A stretch of DNA of 63,970 nt, counting the filler, from Craspedostauros australis (Eukaryota), in assembly GCA_030167865.1 (NCBI GenBank). It is 12 parts of 12 records of this genome, joined end to end, with 100 filler letters (N's around TTAATTAATTAA, not from the genome) between each part and the next. Parts side by side here need not be neighbours in the genome. Positions count along the whole stretch, not along the records: positions 34,443 to 61,186 come from JALAGF010002446.1; 11 more parts are not named here. The stretch is one strand, 5' to 3'. Position numbers and translations under genes: made by a program. The notes beneath the pieces were generated by a model that made no database searches, was not told where the DNA came from, and saw only the letters and a program-made list of their open reading frames with translations. Every line of letters starts with the position of its first letter. The stretch's first letter is position 1. Of this stretch, positions 34,343 to 47,500 are shown one piece after another.

Positions 34343-35078
34343 NNNNNNNNNNNNNNNNNNNNNNNNNNNNNNNNNNNNNNNNNNNNTTAATTAATTAANN
34401 NNNNNNNNNNNNNNNNNNNNNNNNNNNNNNNNNNNNNNNNNNTCGAGAGGGTCTCGGATCCGTGAACCAACCAGAAATGTACCGAATCAGTCTCATTGAC
34501 AAAAACTTGCAAGACGAGGAACAACGTGAAAAACGCACTCACAAAGGCCCTATTAGAGATAGCTTGGCCATTTTCACCACCTCATAACTTTATAACCAAT
34601 GCCCGGACTCACTGTCTAGCACCTTTTCCTTATTACCAATGTGTTAAATTATACATGGTTAAATTTTAGTCTCCATAGGAGCCCATTTTTTCAAAATCCT
34701 GCCGTGGTCGTACGGTCATTGGCTGACGTGGGTCATATGTCGTGGGGGCTTCGCTGATGACGGACAGACGACATTGGCGCCAAAACTCAGAATTGTTCCG
34801 ATGGATCATCCACGATTCGGCGTATGGTCCCAAAGAGCAGTCATCACGTTCGGCTCTCTTTGTTGGATCGCTTTGTGCCGACACGATGTGAGACGACCAC
34901 ACACTCAGTCTCATCTCACCAAAGGGTCGGTATCTATTCCTCGCAAGGAGAGAAGTGGATTAACTACTGCAACAACTACAGCGTTCCTGCCTGCCTGCGC
35001 TACAAATTACACGGACGGTGCGTGTACGACATTCCACCGTTCCTCTATCGTTGGACACGCTCTCGTGGGACATCACCT

Positions 35079-36779
35079 TCAGCTGCTCGTCTCCGAGTAT
35101 TGGTACCCGACGGTGCACATGTTCACACGTCCATCGATAAAACGCACCTGGAGGTAGTGATGTGTGAATTCTCCAATGCGGACTTTGCGAATCGTGGCCA
35201 TCTCATAGTCGTCATATCCCTTGCCGGGCGAATCCAAGGTGTACGTCTTGGTGGTCCGTGGCGTTCCGCGACGCCCATCGACGGACACTTCGACTTGACG
35301 AGCGGCGCTGTGAGAGGACAAGCCAAAAGAGAGGTCGATGTACTCGTGCACCCCATCCGTGACGATGCTGTACACCACTGATTCGCCGCGTTGCGTCCAG
35401 CCGATCGCGCAGGCTCCCACACGCGACGTGCCACGAATGCCCAGCGTCTCCACGCCATCCGTGCATATCGGATGCTGCACCGAGAGGCTGCCCATGGTCT
35501 CGATCTGGCGGAATTCATCGATCCACCGATCATCCCACGGACAGTCGCCGTTCTGCGCTTCGTTTGACAACTCCACAGAGCTCAAATACGTCAGCGCAGA
35601 ATACAAGCCAGGTGCTGGGAGATCGTATCGCGACGAGGTCGGCTTCACTGTGACGGAGCATAAGTTCGTTCGCCCTGCATCTAAGTGAATCCGCAAAATG
35701 TACACGCCCGCTTCAAGGAAGAGAGATTCCCAAACGACATCGGAATATTCGTTCCAGCTGCTCAACGCAGGCACTTCGACTGTGGCCCCGACCGTCGTGG
35801 ATCCAAGCGGAACCAGCTCTGCGCGCAGCATGCTGTTGGGCGTATCCGTCGCAACACGAAACCAGATGTCAAAATCCTCATCGTCGTCCAGGGCGACGTA
35901 GAAGCTGTACTCCAAGTACTCACCCGGTTCGGCCAACTCAAGGAAGCAGGCGCTGCCATCACGATGGATGCATGTCTCATCGACAGCGGTATGGGCAGTT
36001 GATGCTGCGGCTGATCCTGGCGATCCTTCATTGCAACTGCCAGGGTGGTTCTTCATCGTTTCGGCGATTGGCTTGGACTCCGCAGCCTTCAAGACGAGAT
36101 TCTGATTCGGAGCATTGCTTGGCGAGAAGCGGCTGCGTTCTATGCGGACCGAACAGAGATTGACAAACCCCTCAGTGAATCTCACCACCAAGTCATGCTT
36201 CTCCACTGCTTCAAGCGGGACGAAGGACCAGGTGATATCTCGAAATTCGAAGAATCCCTCGGCGGGTGAAAGGAAGTCATCGGAGACACCTGCCTGACGT
36301 TCGTGGAACACCTCCAGTTGGAATTTCTTGGAATGGCGACTAGCAACCCTCACCGTGATATCCACAAAGACGACCGGTCCCTCCTCTGTGCTCATGACAT
36401 GCTGGTCCAATGGCAGGTTGAAATTGTACGCGAGGTACTCTCCAGGTTCTGTGAATGCAATATGGCATGGGCCCAATGCCTCGCAGGCGTCATCCTTCAT
36501 TCCGTGATTGTGTTGCGCACTAATGAGACCGTTCGTGGATGGGCAATCACCATGGATCTCTGTTGTCACGTTGTGAAATTCATCGAACATCAAGGCGCTA
36601 AGTTGAAATGGGACGATGTTCTCGCTCAGCTTTTGTGTCTTGTGTGCGAGTTGCTCCGTCGTCTGCGCAGCCACATGTTGCCCCCAATGCCCAATCAGCG
36701 CGATCGTCACTAGCGCAATGAGTAGATTGTGGGCTGCTGACATTGAGCGGGCGCGCATCGGGGACCGATTGCGAGTCAT
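35079..36779 (-). CDS. Secreted protein with three CBM6-like carbohydrate-binding domains and no evident catalytic domain
   Basis: Hydrophobic signal ending VAA|Q. Three repeats: CHIAFTEPGEYLAYNF...VRVAS...GFVNLCSV; CFLELAEPGEYLEYSF...FRVAT...GRTNLCSV; CAIGWTQRGESVVYSI...GRVNMCTV. Confidence 0.8.
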   Translation of the reverse strand: MTRNRSPMRARSMSAAHNLLIALVTIALIGHWGQHVAAQTTEQLAHKTQKLSENIVPFQLSALMFDEFHNVTTEIHGDCPSTNGLISAQHNHGMKDDACEALGPCHIAFTEPGEYLAYNFNLPLDQHVMSTEEGPVVFVDITVRVASRHSKKFQLEVFHERQAGVSDDFLSPAEGFFEFRDITWSFVPLEAVEKHDLVVRFTEGFVNLCSVRIERSRFSPSNAPNQNLVLKAAESKPIAETMKNHPGSCNEGSPGSAAASTAHTAVDETCIHRDGSACFLELAEPGEYLEYSFYVALDDDEDFDIWFRVATDTPNSMLRAELVPLGSTTVGATVEVPALSSWNEYSDVVWESLFLEAGVYILRIHLDAGRTNLCSVTVKPTSSRYDLPAPGLYSALTYLSSVELSNEAQNGDCPWDDRWIDEFRQIETMGSLSVQHPICTDGVETLGIRGTSRVGACAIGWTQRGESVVYSIVTDGVHEYIDLSFGLSSHSAARQVEVSVDGRRGTPRTTKTYTLDSPGKGYDDYEMATIRKVRIGEFTHHYLQVRFIDGRVNMCTVGYQYSETSS

Positions 36780-39700
36780 GTTTGAGATGGTACGAAGTGC
36801 TTGACCAATGTACCTACTTGCCACAGTGTCCAGTTGATGTTGGTGGTATCGCAACTCCTGTTGCTGGTGTTACTTCTATTTGCGATTTGATGTTTGTTGT
36901 TCTATGTCCAAAATGATATGAAGTGAAATGTGGTGGAATAGATGCGATCATAGAGCATTGATTTTGTGCGCTCCAGTGTTCAGTCTGTGGAAGGTGCTGG
37001 TGTTCATCAATCAGTTGCCATGGCGATAGCATGGTGGCATGATGGCATGATGACGAGAAGTAGGTGGGTGGAAGACCATCACGCAACGGGGAGAATGCAA
37101 CCCTCTCGCTTTATGTGGCTCGTTGGGATCACATAATGTGGCTACCAGGGAACGATTCACTCGGCTAGAAGTAGTCGAGGGACAGATCGGTCAGCCAGCA
37201 CCGTGGGTTTGGTTGTGATGCGTGATGGATCGCAGCAGCACATGCACCACGCCAAAGCATGTTTATGCCCGCCTCAGCACGAGTGAAAGGAGTGAGCGTC
37301 TGGTGTCGGAGCTGCGGCATTCTCCGAGTGTGTTGTAGATCGTACGAGCTGCGGGTATGGTAGGACCTATACCTGTACATACCTTCTGGTACGGCACGAC
37401 GAGTGTACGTATCGTAGGCACAACGCTTGTGTATTCGTCACGCGCACTGTCGCTTCGTTGTTGGGAGATCAACGAAGTTGCGACAAGTAGAGCCAAACCA
37501 CACATCACGATTCCGGTCCAACATCACCAGGCCCGCACTGGGGCAGGGCAGAGCGACGTCTGTCTCCACTTCGCCCATGGGCGCTGGAGTCATGTCCTGG
37601 GTGCATCCACATGGGCAGATACAGGGGCACGAAAGAGATGGCATGTGACATCCGATGCAACCCGCCCTGCTCTCAGTTTGTGTCTTGCGCCCATTCGTGT
37701 GTCTGCAATTGTTTAAGTCGTGGATGCCAATGATGTGTTCGCAATGTCTCCAGGTTGCTCACTTTTTGCGGATGTGTCCCTCACCCCAACCAACCACTCA
37801 CAGGCGACATCCCTGGCGCAAGATGAGCACTCGAGTTGTTTCACAAAACAGAGAGAGGGGTTCTGGAGATTAGTCAACATACTACACTAGTACAAGTTCT
37901 TAGTTGAGAATGGATGGGATTGGGCGAGGGTGCATCTACGAGCTAGCTCGTACTCTTATGTGTAGCTCGTTGGGATGGATGAGACGAACAGTTGGATGCC
38001 CCTATCACAACGCATTCTTGCAGGTGGTCCAGAAGGGTTCCTACTCGTACACCACTGCACACACTCGACTAGGAAAGGTGGAGTACTGCAGCTGATCAAT
38101 GTCGCGTGTACTACGGGTACGATTGGGACGAGTAATATAATATGTGCTAGAATATTCTATTGTATAATAGAAACATGTCAATGAAGGGTGCCGTTCCGTT
38201 CCCACCTTACGACGCTGTCATGCGGCTACCAAATGGTTGCGTGGGTGGTCTCAACCACCACCACTCCAGTAGTACCAGCAGAAGCAAGAGTGACAGCAGT
38301 AAAGGATAGAGCAACCAGTGTGCGGTCAACAAATGCGCTCATGTAAATAGTGTGTGTTGCAATAGACATGTCATGCCACGCCTCCACTTTGGGTCATGGA
38401 AAATGGAGTGGGGGATAGGCAACGGGCATTGACTACGAAGTTGCAACAATGGTGACAGTAGACCGCATTCAGCTTTGGCAAACACAATGCGACTGACCAG
38501 GGGGAAGGTCACCGCGGCTGCATCAATCTGGCGTGTTGGCTGCCAGATGCGCGGTGCAAGATGCGTGATGGTAGAATAAAATGTAGACCTGCGTCACCGC
38601 CCGTTGAGTCTGACCCATCTCAGGCAAGGCATGCCTCGCAACGACTCGCCAAAATGCTGCGGCATACATGTTCATCTGATGACGATACCCGCTGCGGATT
38701 CAATCTCTTGCGTGAACTTGCTTCGCGACCATTCGAGGCCAAGGGTCATGGTGTTCCTGTTGCATTTGCAGTAGTTGCTGTGACCGAGGAAGACTCTGTC
38801 GGCAATGATCTTGGGACACGTGCGCATTTAGCAGCATGCACGTGCGCGGTCTACCAAAAGACTGCAGCAGGAATACTGCATTGCACGAGCTACGGCTACG
38901 AGGTAAGTGTGGGGAAGTTTGACGAAGAGGATGGAGCAGCTCGTAGATGCCTTTTGGTTCGAGCTGCGTGAGCTACTCATCGCAAGATGCCGTTGCTGTG
39001 CATGTCTCTATCCGTGCGATAGGCAGACTTTGCAGTATCGCACAGTCAGGAATGATGCAACACACGAACGGGCGCAGCATAGCCAACGAGCGGAGGTCTG
39101 AGGAGTTGCACCACGGACATGGCCGGTTGAAACAAAAGTCCATACTCGCACATATCAGAGGCGATTGGGAGCCCCGTAGGTACAAGTACCGTGAAGTCGC
39201 TTGAACTTATGCAGATCATGACGCGATCGCGACCGCGATCCCCCATGCTCGTCTGCGTGCTGTGGCTTGTAAAACGAAACTGGACGATCTCGACATGGAC
39301 GATCTGCAGTTCGCGCATTGAGTGGGCAGACAGGAGCGAATAGCTGTCTCCCTGCCATGGGCGGCTTCTCCTCCTCTCGTGTGGTCTGCTTGCAAGACCA
39401 ACATCGCCTTTCGTGGGTGGCGGCGTCGGCGCAAATGTGACCCAGGCCTAAAAGCGGCTTTCGGTGTTGTTCCTGGGTGCGCTTTTGTTCCTTGACGCTT
39501 TTTTGTGAGCGTGTCCTGTCCGCCACCATCATAGGAGTTGAAGCACGAATCAACAAAGATTTATCCTCCAAGATTCACAAGGAAGTAGATGCACGCGTGC
39601 TCGCAACATTCGGTCAGGACTGGGGCCTCGAACTCCCACCAACGGCGCCACGAAGGGCGACAGGCGTATGGGCTGTGATCCTCCGTTCTGCACAGCTTTC

Positions 39701-41449
39701 CGCTCTTCGCCAGCCATGCTCTGCGAGGCCAGACGAGCAAGTTGATTCCTGGCACAATGTGACGTTCGGAGCTCACCGGCTTGTTCATGAAGACAAGACC
39801 GGATCGCGTCCCAACAAAACCACAGAGAGTGAATCAGAATCTTGTATAATAGTAGCATCCAAGACATGAGATCGTGCCTGGCCGCCAAATTTGGCAGAAC
39901 GGAATGACCAAACAGGGGGCGATCTCCCTCTCCCTTCAGTCTGTCTCGACGGAGGGAACGCGCGCTCCTGGAACGGAAACATCGATGAAATTCCTCGAAA
40001 TTTGCAGAAAGGCGAGAGATAAACAACAGTTGCGCAATGTCACTTGACCGGTCAAGGCGAGATGTTGGCTTGCGCTTGTGCTCACTCGCTGGCTTCTGTG
40101 GGACAGGAATAATCCAGTGAGGCCTGGCGGACGATGATAAAAGTTCTAGAGCCAACCGCTCCGGTATCGTTCGTTGTGCGGCGCTTCACACATAGATTAG
40201 ACCACTACTATTGAATTGGAAGCAAAGCGAGTTTTCTGTTTGGCTTTGGAGAAAAACAGCTGGGAGTTGTGGCCAACTCGTTCTCGCTGTGCGTGTGCGA
40301 GCGTTGTGATCCATGTCGACAATGTGAGTGCTCTAACTCGCCGTCGGTGGAGCGGATAGGCAACAACACCAGTACCCGACGAAAAGTCGCAAAACCACCA
40401 ATCGTATCGTTGGTGGTGTTGTTGAGCAACCAATTCGGCAATGGATCGACACGACGCTTTCCTGTTGGCTGTTCCCAATTCGCAACAGACAAGACCCAAG
40501 ACTCCCTAACTGGTGAGACATGTGTGATTGTTAAATCTGATAGGGTCATAAAACCCACAAAGCTCCGTTCGGATACAGGAATGACTCCAGTTGGCCCTCC
40601 CGCATCATTCCCAAAAGCCCAACATGTTGTGGCAGAGCGCCGACCTTTCTCCGCGACAAGGAAACGAACAGGCGGAATCGCACTAACGAGAGGAAAAATA
40701 CGCATTCCGCAAACGCAAAGACCGGCAACAAAAGGACGAAATAAATGAATGGCTGAATGAATGTATCACAACCAACGATTGCCACCGCGAAAATGATGTC
40801 ACCTTTTGGTGTTGCAGCAGGAGAAGCGTTGTTGTGGTTGGCGCGGCACTATGGATCAAACACAAACAACATCAGCAAACAACAGATTGTCGGAGGCAGC
40901 TCGAAGTGTTGCGAAAAGGATCAGTGCCATCGTCAAGGCAACAGAAGCGGCACAAACGACACCAAAAGCGAACGAACGAACGAGTGGAGTGCTTGATTCT
41001 CCTGTGACAGAAATCAGTCTTTTATCAAAGGTGCCACAAATTGCCGAAGTGGCAAACAAACCAAGACAGTCCAAACGCGAACACTTAGCCTCTCACGTGA
41101 GCTCGTGTCCGGAGTGTTGCGCGCGAGGGTCATTTCTCCACCTCTCCTCGTCGCCTTGACCATCGCTCCCTCGTGCCCAATTCTCTTTCTCATACAGCAC
41201 AAAACACGGGCAGAGTCGCAGCATCCAGCATCCATTCATTCCACACGAAACCAACCAGAACAAGAGAGATCCACAACACAATCTTCGCCCCAGCCTTTCT
41301 CTGCTCATAAATTCTGTGCTTCGGACAACTGCAACTGCAACAGCCAACAACCAATAACCGAAAACTAACAAAGCGCAAGGCCATTCATTCACTCCAGCCA
41401 AGCAGCCAAACAGCCAACGCGCCAACGCGCCAACAAGCCCAACACCAGG

Positions 41450-41548
41450 CCACAGCACAACAGCGCACAGCACAGCACAGCAAAGCACAGCAAAGCACAG
41501 CACAACAGCGCACAGCAAAGCACAGCACAGCAAAGCACAGCGAAGAGC
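41450..41548 (+). repeat. Pentanucleotide microsatellite (CACAG/CAAAG)n in the 5' leader of the giant secreted protein gene
   Basis: Direct reading. Confidence 0.85.
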
Positions 41549-41588
41549 ATACTCATCCCATACAAGAACAACAGAGCAGAACGCCAAC

Positions 41589-44500
41589 ATGCCCATCATC
41601 TCCAAGGTCGCCATCTCGACGGTGCTCGGCGCTGCCTCCGTGCTGACGACAGCCAAGGCGCAGCAAGTCCAACCGGAGCAACGCAAGCACCACCATGGCC
41701 ACCAGCAGAAGCGCAAGGATGACAACGGCAACGAAGAAGCGACGGAGGCAGCCTTCGCCGAATCCATCGTCTTCGGCGGCCTGGGCCACTTCTCGGCAGC
41801 GAAGGGTCCCAAGCGCGAGGAGACCACCACAGGCTCCGCAACCAACGGAGTCCAAGACAAGCAGACCTGGGACGCCTTTGCGCAAGACAGGAAGGATCCC
41901 GTGTCCCCACTCCCTGCCGCCAGCAGGATCCAGGTGACCCAGTTCGGAGCCGTGCCGTCCGCTTCTCACGGTGCCGCTGTCACCGCAACCAGCGATGTCG
42001 GCAACCTGGGAGATCACGGCGGCATCAACATCTTGGATGATGGCCCCAACGTCGACAAGCAGCTGCACGACCACGCTCCCATGCTCAACAGCAAGGTGTG
42101 GTTCTCGGAGCACCAGGTGGACGGAATCCCCATGGCCAACCAGATGCACCGCCAGCAGAGGCGCAACATCCACCTGCCCACTGGGCCCACAACTCCGACA
42201 GGACCCACCAGCCCCAGCGCCCCAACAGGAGCTACTGTCGACGCGACCGGAAAGGCAAGCAAGACCGGAAACACCACATTCCTTCCAGTCAAGGGTCCCA
42301 AGGGCTCAACTCCAGCGCCCGGCGGATCACCTCCAACCGGGTGCTTCGAAGAAGTCAGGACCCGCTTCCAGCTTACCCCAAGCGGCAAGGCCATCAAGGG
42401 AGGCGCTATTGAGTCTTACACCGTCGAGGTCTGCCCCCCCGGTGAGGGCGGTGGGTTCTCGGAGGCCCCGAGCGAAACACCAACCGCAGATCCCGGTGCA
42501 GTGGTCTTTCCCTCCTCGGAGCCTTCGTTCGTCCCAACCGACACCGCGAAACCATCCCAGGCACCATCGGGAGTCCCGACACGTACAACTGCGCCCTCCA
42601 GTGCCCCATCCCAGGCCCCGACCGACTCCGCCGCACCATCCGTCACCCCGTCCCAGACTCCAACGAAGTCCGTCGCGCCCTCCACCACCCCATCTCAGAC
42701 TCCAACAAAGTCTGCTGCGCCCTCTACCACCCCGTCCCAGACCCCAACGAAGTCCGTCGCGCCCTCCACCACCCCATCTCAGTCTCCAACAAAGTCCGCC
42801 GCACCCTCTACCACTCCGTCCCAGAGCCCAACAAAGTCCGTTGCGCCGTCCACCACTCCGTCCCAGTCTCCAACGAAGTCCGCTGCGCCCTCTACCACCC
42901 CATCTCAGTCTCCAACGAAGTCCGCCGCACCCTCTACAACTCCGTCCCAGTCTCCAACAAAGTCCGTTGCGCCGTCCACCACTCCGTCGCAGTCTCCAAC
43001 AGAGTCTGCGGCTCCGTCTGACATGCCGTCTCAGGCACCAACGGAGTCCGTTGCACCTTCAGATCTGCCCTCCCAAGCACCAACGGAGTCTGTGGCACCT
43101 TCCGACATGCCCTCTCAGACTCCCACCGAGTCTGTGGCACCTTCCGACATGCCTTCGCAGACTCCCACAGAGTCTGTGGCGCCATCCGACGATCCAACAG
43201 GCTCAGTTCCCCCGTCCGATACGCCATCCCAGGCTCCGACGGAATCCGTTGCACCGTCCGATCTGCCATCCGTGACGCCAACCGAGTCCGTGGCACCCTC
43301 AGACATGCCTTCGCAGGCTCCAACGGAGTCCGTTGCGCCATCGGATCTGCCATCCGTGACACCAACCGAGTCCGTGGCGCCTTCCGACATGCCATCGCAG
43401 ACTCCGACCGAGTCTATCGCACCCTCTGATCTGCCATCAGAGAGTCCGACCGAATCCGTGGCGCCGTCCGACATGCCATCGCAGACTCCCACCGAGTCCG
43501 TGGCGCCTTCGGACCTGCCGTCCCAAGCACCAACGGAGTCTGTCGCGCCCTCTGACCTGCCCTCGCAGACTCCGACTGAGTCCGTGGCGCCTTCCGACAT
43601 GCCGTCCCAGACGCCGACGGAGTCTGTGGCACCGTCTGATCTGCCATCCCAGACACCAACCGAGTCCGTGGCGCCTTCCGATATGCCATCGCAGACTCCA
43701 ACCGAGTCCGTGGCACCCTCTGATCTGCCATCAGAGAGCCCGACCGAATCCGTGGCGCCGTCCGATATGCCATCGCAGACTCCCACCGAGTCCGTGGCGC
43801 CATCGGACCTGCCGTCCCAGACTCCGACTGAGTCCAGCGCGCCGTCTGATCTGCCATCGCAAACTCCGACTGAGTCCGTGGCACCTTCCGACATGCCGTC
43901 CCAGACGCCGACGGAGTCTGTGGCACCGTCTGATCTGCCATCTGTGACACCAACCGAGTCCGTGGCGCCTTCCGATATGCCATCGCAGACGCCGACGGAG
44001 TCTATCGCACCCTCTGATCTGCCATCGCAGAGTCCGACCGAATCCGTGGCGCCGTCCGATATGCCATCGCAGACTCCCACCGAGTCCGTGGCGCCATCGG
44101 ACCTGCCGTCCCAAGCGCCAACGGAGTCTGTCGCGCCGTCTGATGTGCCCTCGCAGACCCCAACAGAGTCCGTGGCTCCCTCAGACATGCCGTCGCAGAC
44201 GCCGACGGAGTCTGTGGCACCGTCTGATCTGCCATCCCAGACACCAACCGAGTCCGTGGCGCCTTCCGATATGCCATCGCAGACTCCCACCGAGTCCGTG
44301 GCGCCCTCTGACCTGCCATCTCAGGCTCCAACCGAATCCGTGGCGCCGTCCGACATGCCATCGCAGACTCCCACCGAGTCCGTGGCACCTTCCGACATGC
44401 CGTCCCAGACTCCGACGGAGTCTATCGCACCCTCTGATGTGCCCTCGCAGACCCCAACAGAGTCCGTGGCGCCCTCCGACATGCCGTCGCAGACGCCGAC

Positions 44501-47500
44501 GGAGTCTATCGCACCCTCTGATCTGCCCTCGCAGAGTCCCACCGAATCCGTGGCGCCGTCCGACATGCCTTCGCAGACCCCCACCGAGTCTGTCGCACCT
44601 TCGGATCTGCCGTCCCAAGCGCCAACGGAGTCCAGTGCGCCGTCCGATCTGCCATCGCAGACTCCCACCGAGTCCGTGGCGCCTTCGGACCTGCCGTCCC
44701 AAGCACCAACGGAGTCCAGCGCGCCCTCAGACCTGCCCTCGCAGACTCCCACCGAGTCTGTGGCGCCTTCCGATATGCCTTCGCAGACTCCGACTGAGTC
44801 CGTTGCACCCTCTGATCTGCCCTCGCAGACCCCGACCGAGTCCGTTGCGCCCTCCGACATGCCTTCGCAGACTCCAACCGAGTCTGTCGCACCTTCGGAT
44901 CTGCCGTCCCAGGCGCCAACAGAGTCTGCCGCGCCGTCTGATCTGCCTTCGCAGACCCCGACAGAGTCCGTGGCGCCATCGGACCTGCCGTCCCAAGCTC
45001 CGACGGAGTCCAGTGCACCCTCTGACCTGCCCTCGCAGACCCCAACCGAGTCCGTGGCACCTTCCGACATGCCGTCGCAGACTCCCACCGAGTCCGTGGC
45101 ACCCTCTGACCTGCCATCACAGAGTCCCACCGAATCTGTGGCGCCTTCCGACATGCCATCGCAGACGCCGACTGAGTCTATCGCACCCTCTGATCTGCCG
45201 TCCCAAGCGCCAACGGAGTCTGTCGCGCCGTCTGATCTGCCCTCGCAGACCCCGACAGAGTCCGTGGCACCCTCGGATCTGCCGTCCCAAGCGCCAACGG
45301 AGTCCAGTGCGCCGTCCGATCTGCCATCCCAGTCACCGACAGAGTCCGTGGCGCCATCGGACATGCCTTCGCAGACGCCGACAGAGTCTGTGGCGCCCTC
45401 TGATCTGCCATCCCAATCGCCGACAGAGTCCGTGGCACCCTCCGATATGCCTTCGCAGACGCCGACAGAGTCCGTGGCGCCATCGGATCTGCCATCCCAA
45501 GCTCCGACAGATTCCAGCGCGCCGTCCGATCTGCCCTCGCAGACACCAACAGAGTCCGTAGCTCCCTCGGATATGCCGTCGCAGGCTCCAACAGAGTCCA
45601 GCGCGCCGTCCGATCTGCCGTCCCAGTCGCCGACAGAGTCCGTGGCCCCCTCAGACATGCCTTCGCAGACACCAACGGAGTCTGTGGCACCATCCGATGA
45701 TCCAACAGGCTCACTTTCCCCGTCCGATACGCCATCGCAGGCTCCTAGTGATTCCAGCGCACCTTCGGATCTGCCGTCTATGACACCAACAGAGTCCGTG
45801 GCTCCCTCAGACATGCCGTCGCAGGCTCCAACGGAGTCCAGCGCGCCATCCGATCTGCCCTCGCAGTCACCGACAGAATCCATCGCCCCATCCGACATGC
45901 CATCACAGACCCCGACAGCATCCATCGCTCCGTCCGATATGCCCTCACAGGCCCCGAGTGATTCCAGCGCACCATCCGACATGCCATCGCAGTCACCGAC
46001 AGCATCCATCGCCCCGTCCGATATGCCCTCACAGGCCCCGAGCGATTCCAGCGCGCCATCCGACATGCCATCGCAGTCACCGACAGCATCCATCGCCCCG
46101 TCCGATATGCCATCGCAGGCTCCAACCCAGTCCATCGCACCTTCAGACCTTCCTTCCTTCGCTCCAACTCTTTCAGTCTTCCCATCTGAGGAACCAACCA
46201 CGAGCTGCTTCACGGGCACCGCAGCTGGAGCGATCACGTTCTGTGCAGGCGCGGGTCGGGACTGCTGTTGTTCCAGCGGAACGGGCCTGTGCTCAGGGTA
46301 TACTGGGGCAGATGCCTGCGTATGGAGTGGCAGCGACGTGGAGATATGTGCAGGAAGCTGCAATGGCAAAGGCGCATGTACCTTTGGTGGAGCCACCGGC
46401 GTCACCATTGGGCCCAACTCGTGCCGTGGTGAAAATGCGTGCAACGCGGTAGACGTGCCCCGATTCTCAGTCGGTGAGGGTTCCTGCTTGTCGCTCGCTG
46501 CATCTACCTACTTCGCCTGCTTTTTTGAGACTCTTGCCTCAGATGTGACAGTCGGAGACAACGCCTGTTTCGGGAAAAGTGCGTGCTTCACGTATGGAGC
46601 CTCGACGAACAACACCTTCGAATCGAACTCGTGCCAATTCACATATTCCTGCGCAGTTCAAGATGGCACAACGGGCAGCAACAACGTCTTCCGTGCCAAC
46701 TCATGCCTTGCCTACCAGGCATGCTATGTGGAGGGCGACAACAACATCTTCTCCGAAAGATCATGTCAACTCCAGGCGGCTTGCAGAGTGAACGGCAACA
46801 ACAACAACATGTTGGAAGACTCGTGCCGAGGAAGCGGGGCATGCACCGTGAATGGCAATGGTAACAATATTGGCGACTCTTGCAGAAATCAAGATGCCTG
46901 CGTGATCAATGGTGACCTCAACTCCATTGGAGATAAGGGGTGCTACGGGGTAAACTCGTGCAAAATCACGGGGGACAAGAACGATCTGCAAGACTCCGCA
47001 TGCTACTACGCCGATGCATGCCTCATCACCGGGGACTCGAACATCCTCGAGTACAGTTGTTTCGACGTCGGGGCTACGGGCCCCTCCGCTCCAACGACAT
47101 GCACGATCACAGGAAAATACAACCATCTCTATTACGGATCGTGCGTTGGGACATCAACTTGCGGAATCACGGGAGACTCCAACAAGCTGCTCCAAAACTC
47201 CTGCAAAGCAACTTCTGCTTGTACCATCAGTGGTGGCTCAAACTACATATACGACGGAGCCTGCTCTGCCAATAATGCCTGTGCCATCACCGGCAGCGCC
47301 AATCAGATCTTCCAAAACTCCTGCAACCAACCTCAAGCCTGTTCCATCCAATCCGGTGCTTCGAGCAACATCATCAGAACCAATGCTTGCACCAACACAC
47401 AGGCTTGCCTCATTGGCGCGAACAACAACGTTATCAACAGCGGCTCCTGCAATGGCGGGCTGGTTGCCTGTTCAATTTCAACGGCCTCCAATACAATTCA

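Noticed and set aside
34443..34720. AT-rich contig start as a transposon end
   Set aside because: Suggestive, but no terminal repeat, target duplication or second copy is visible in the window.
43115..46444. Long minus-strand GATDSVGV ORFs
   Set aside because: Antisense shadows of the PST repeat. The plus-strand frame carries the signal peptide and the terminal domain.
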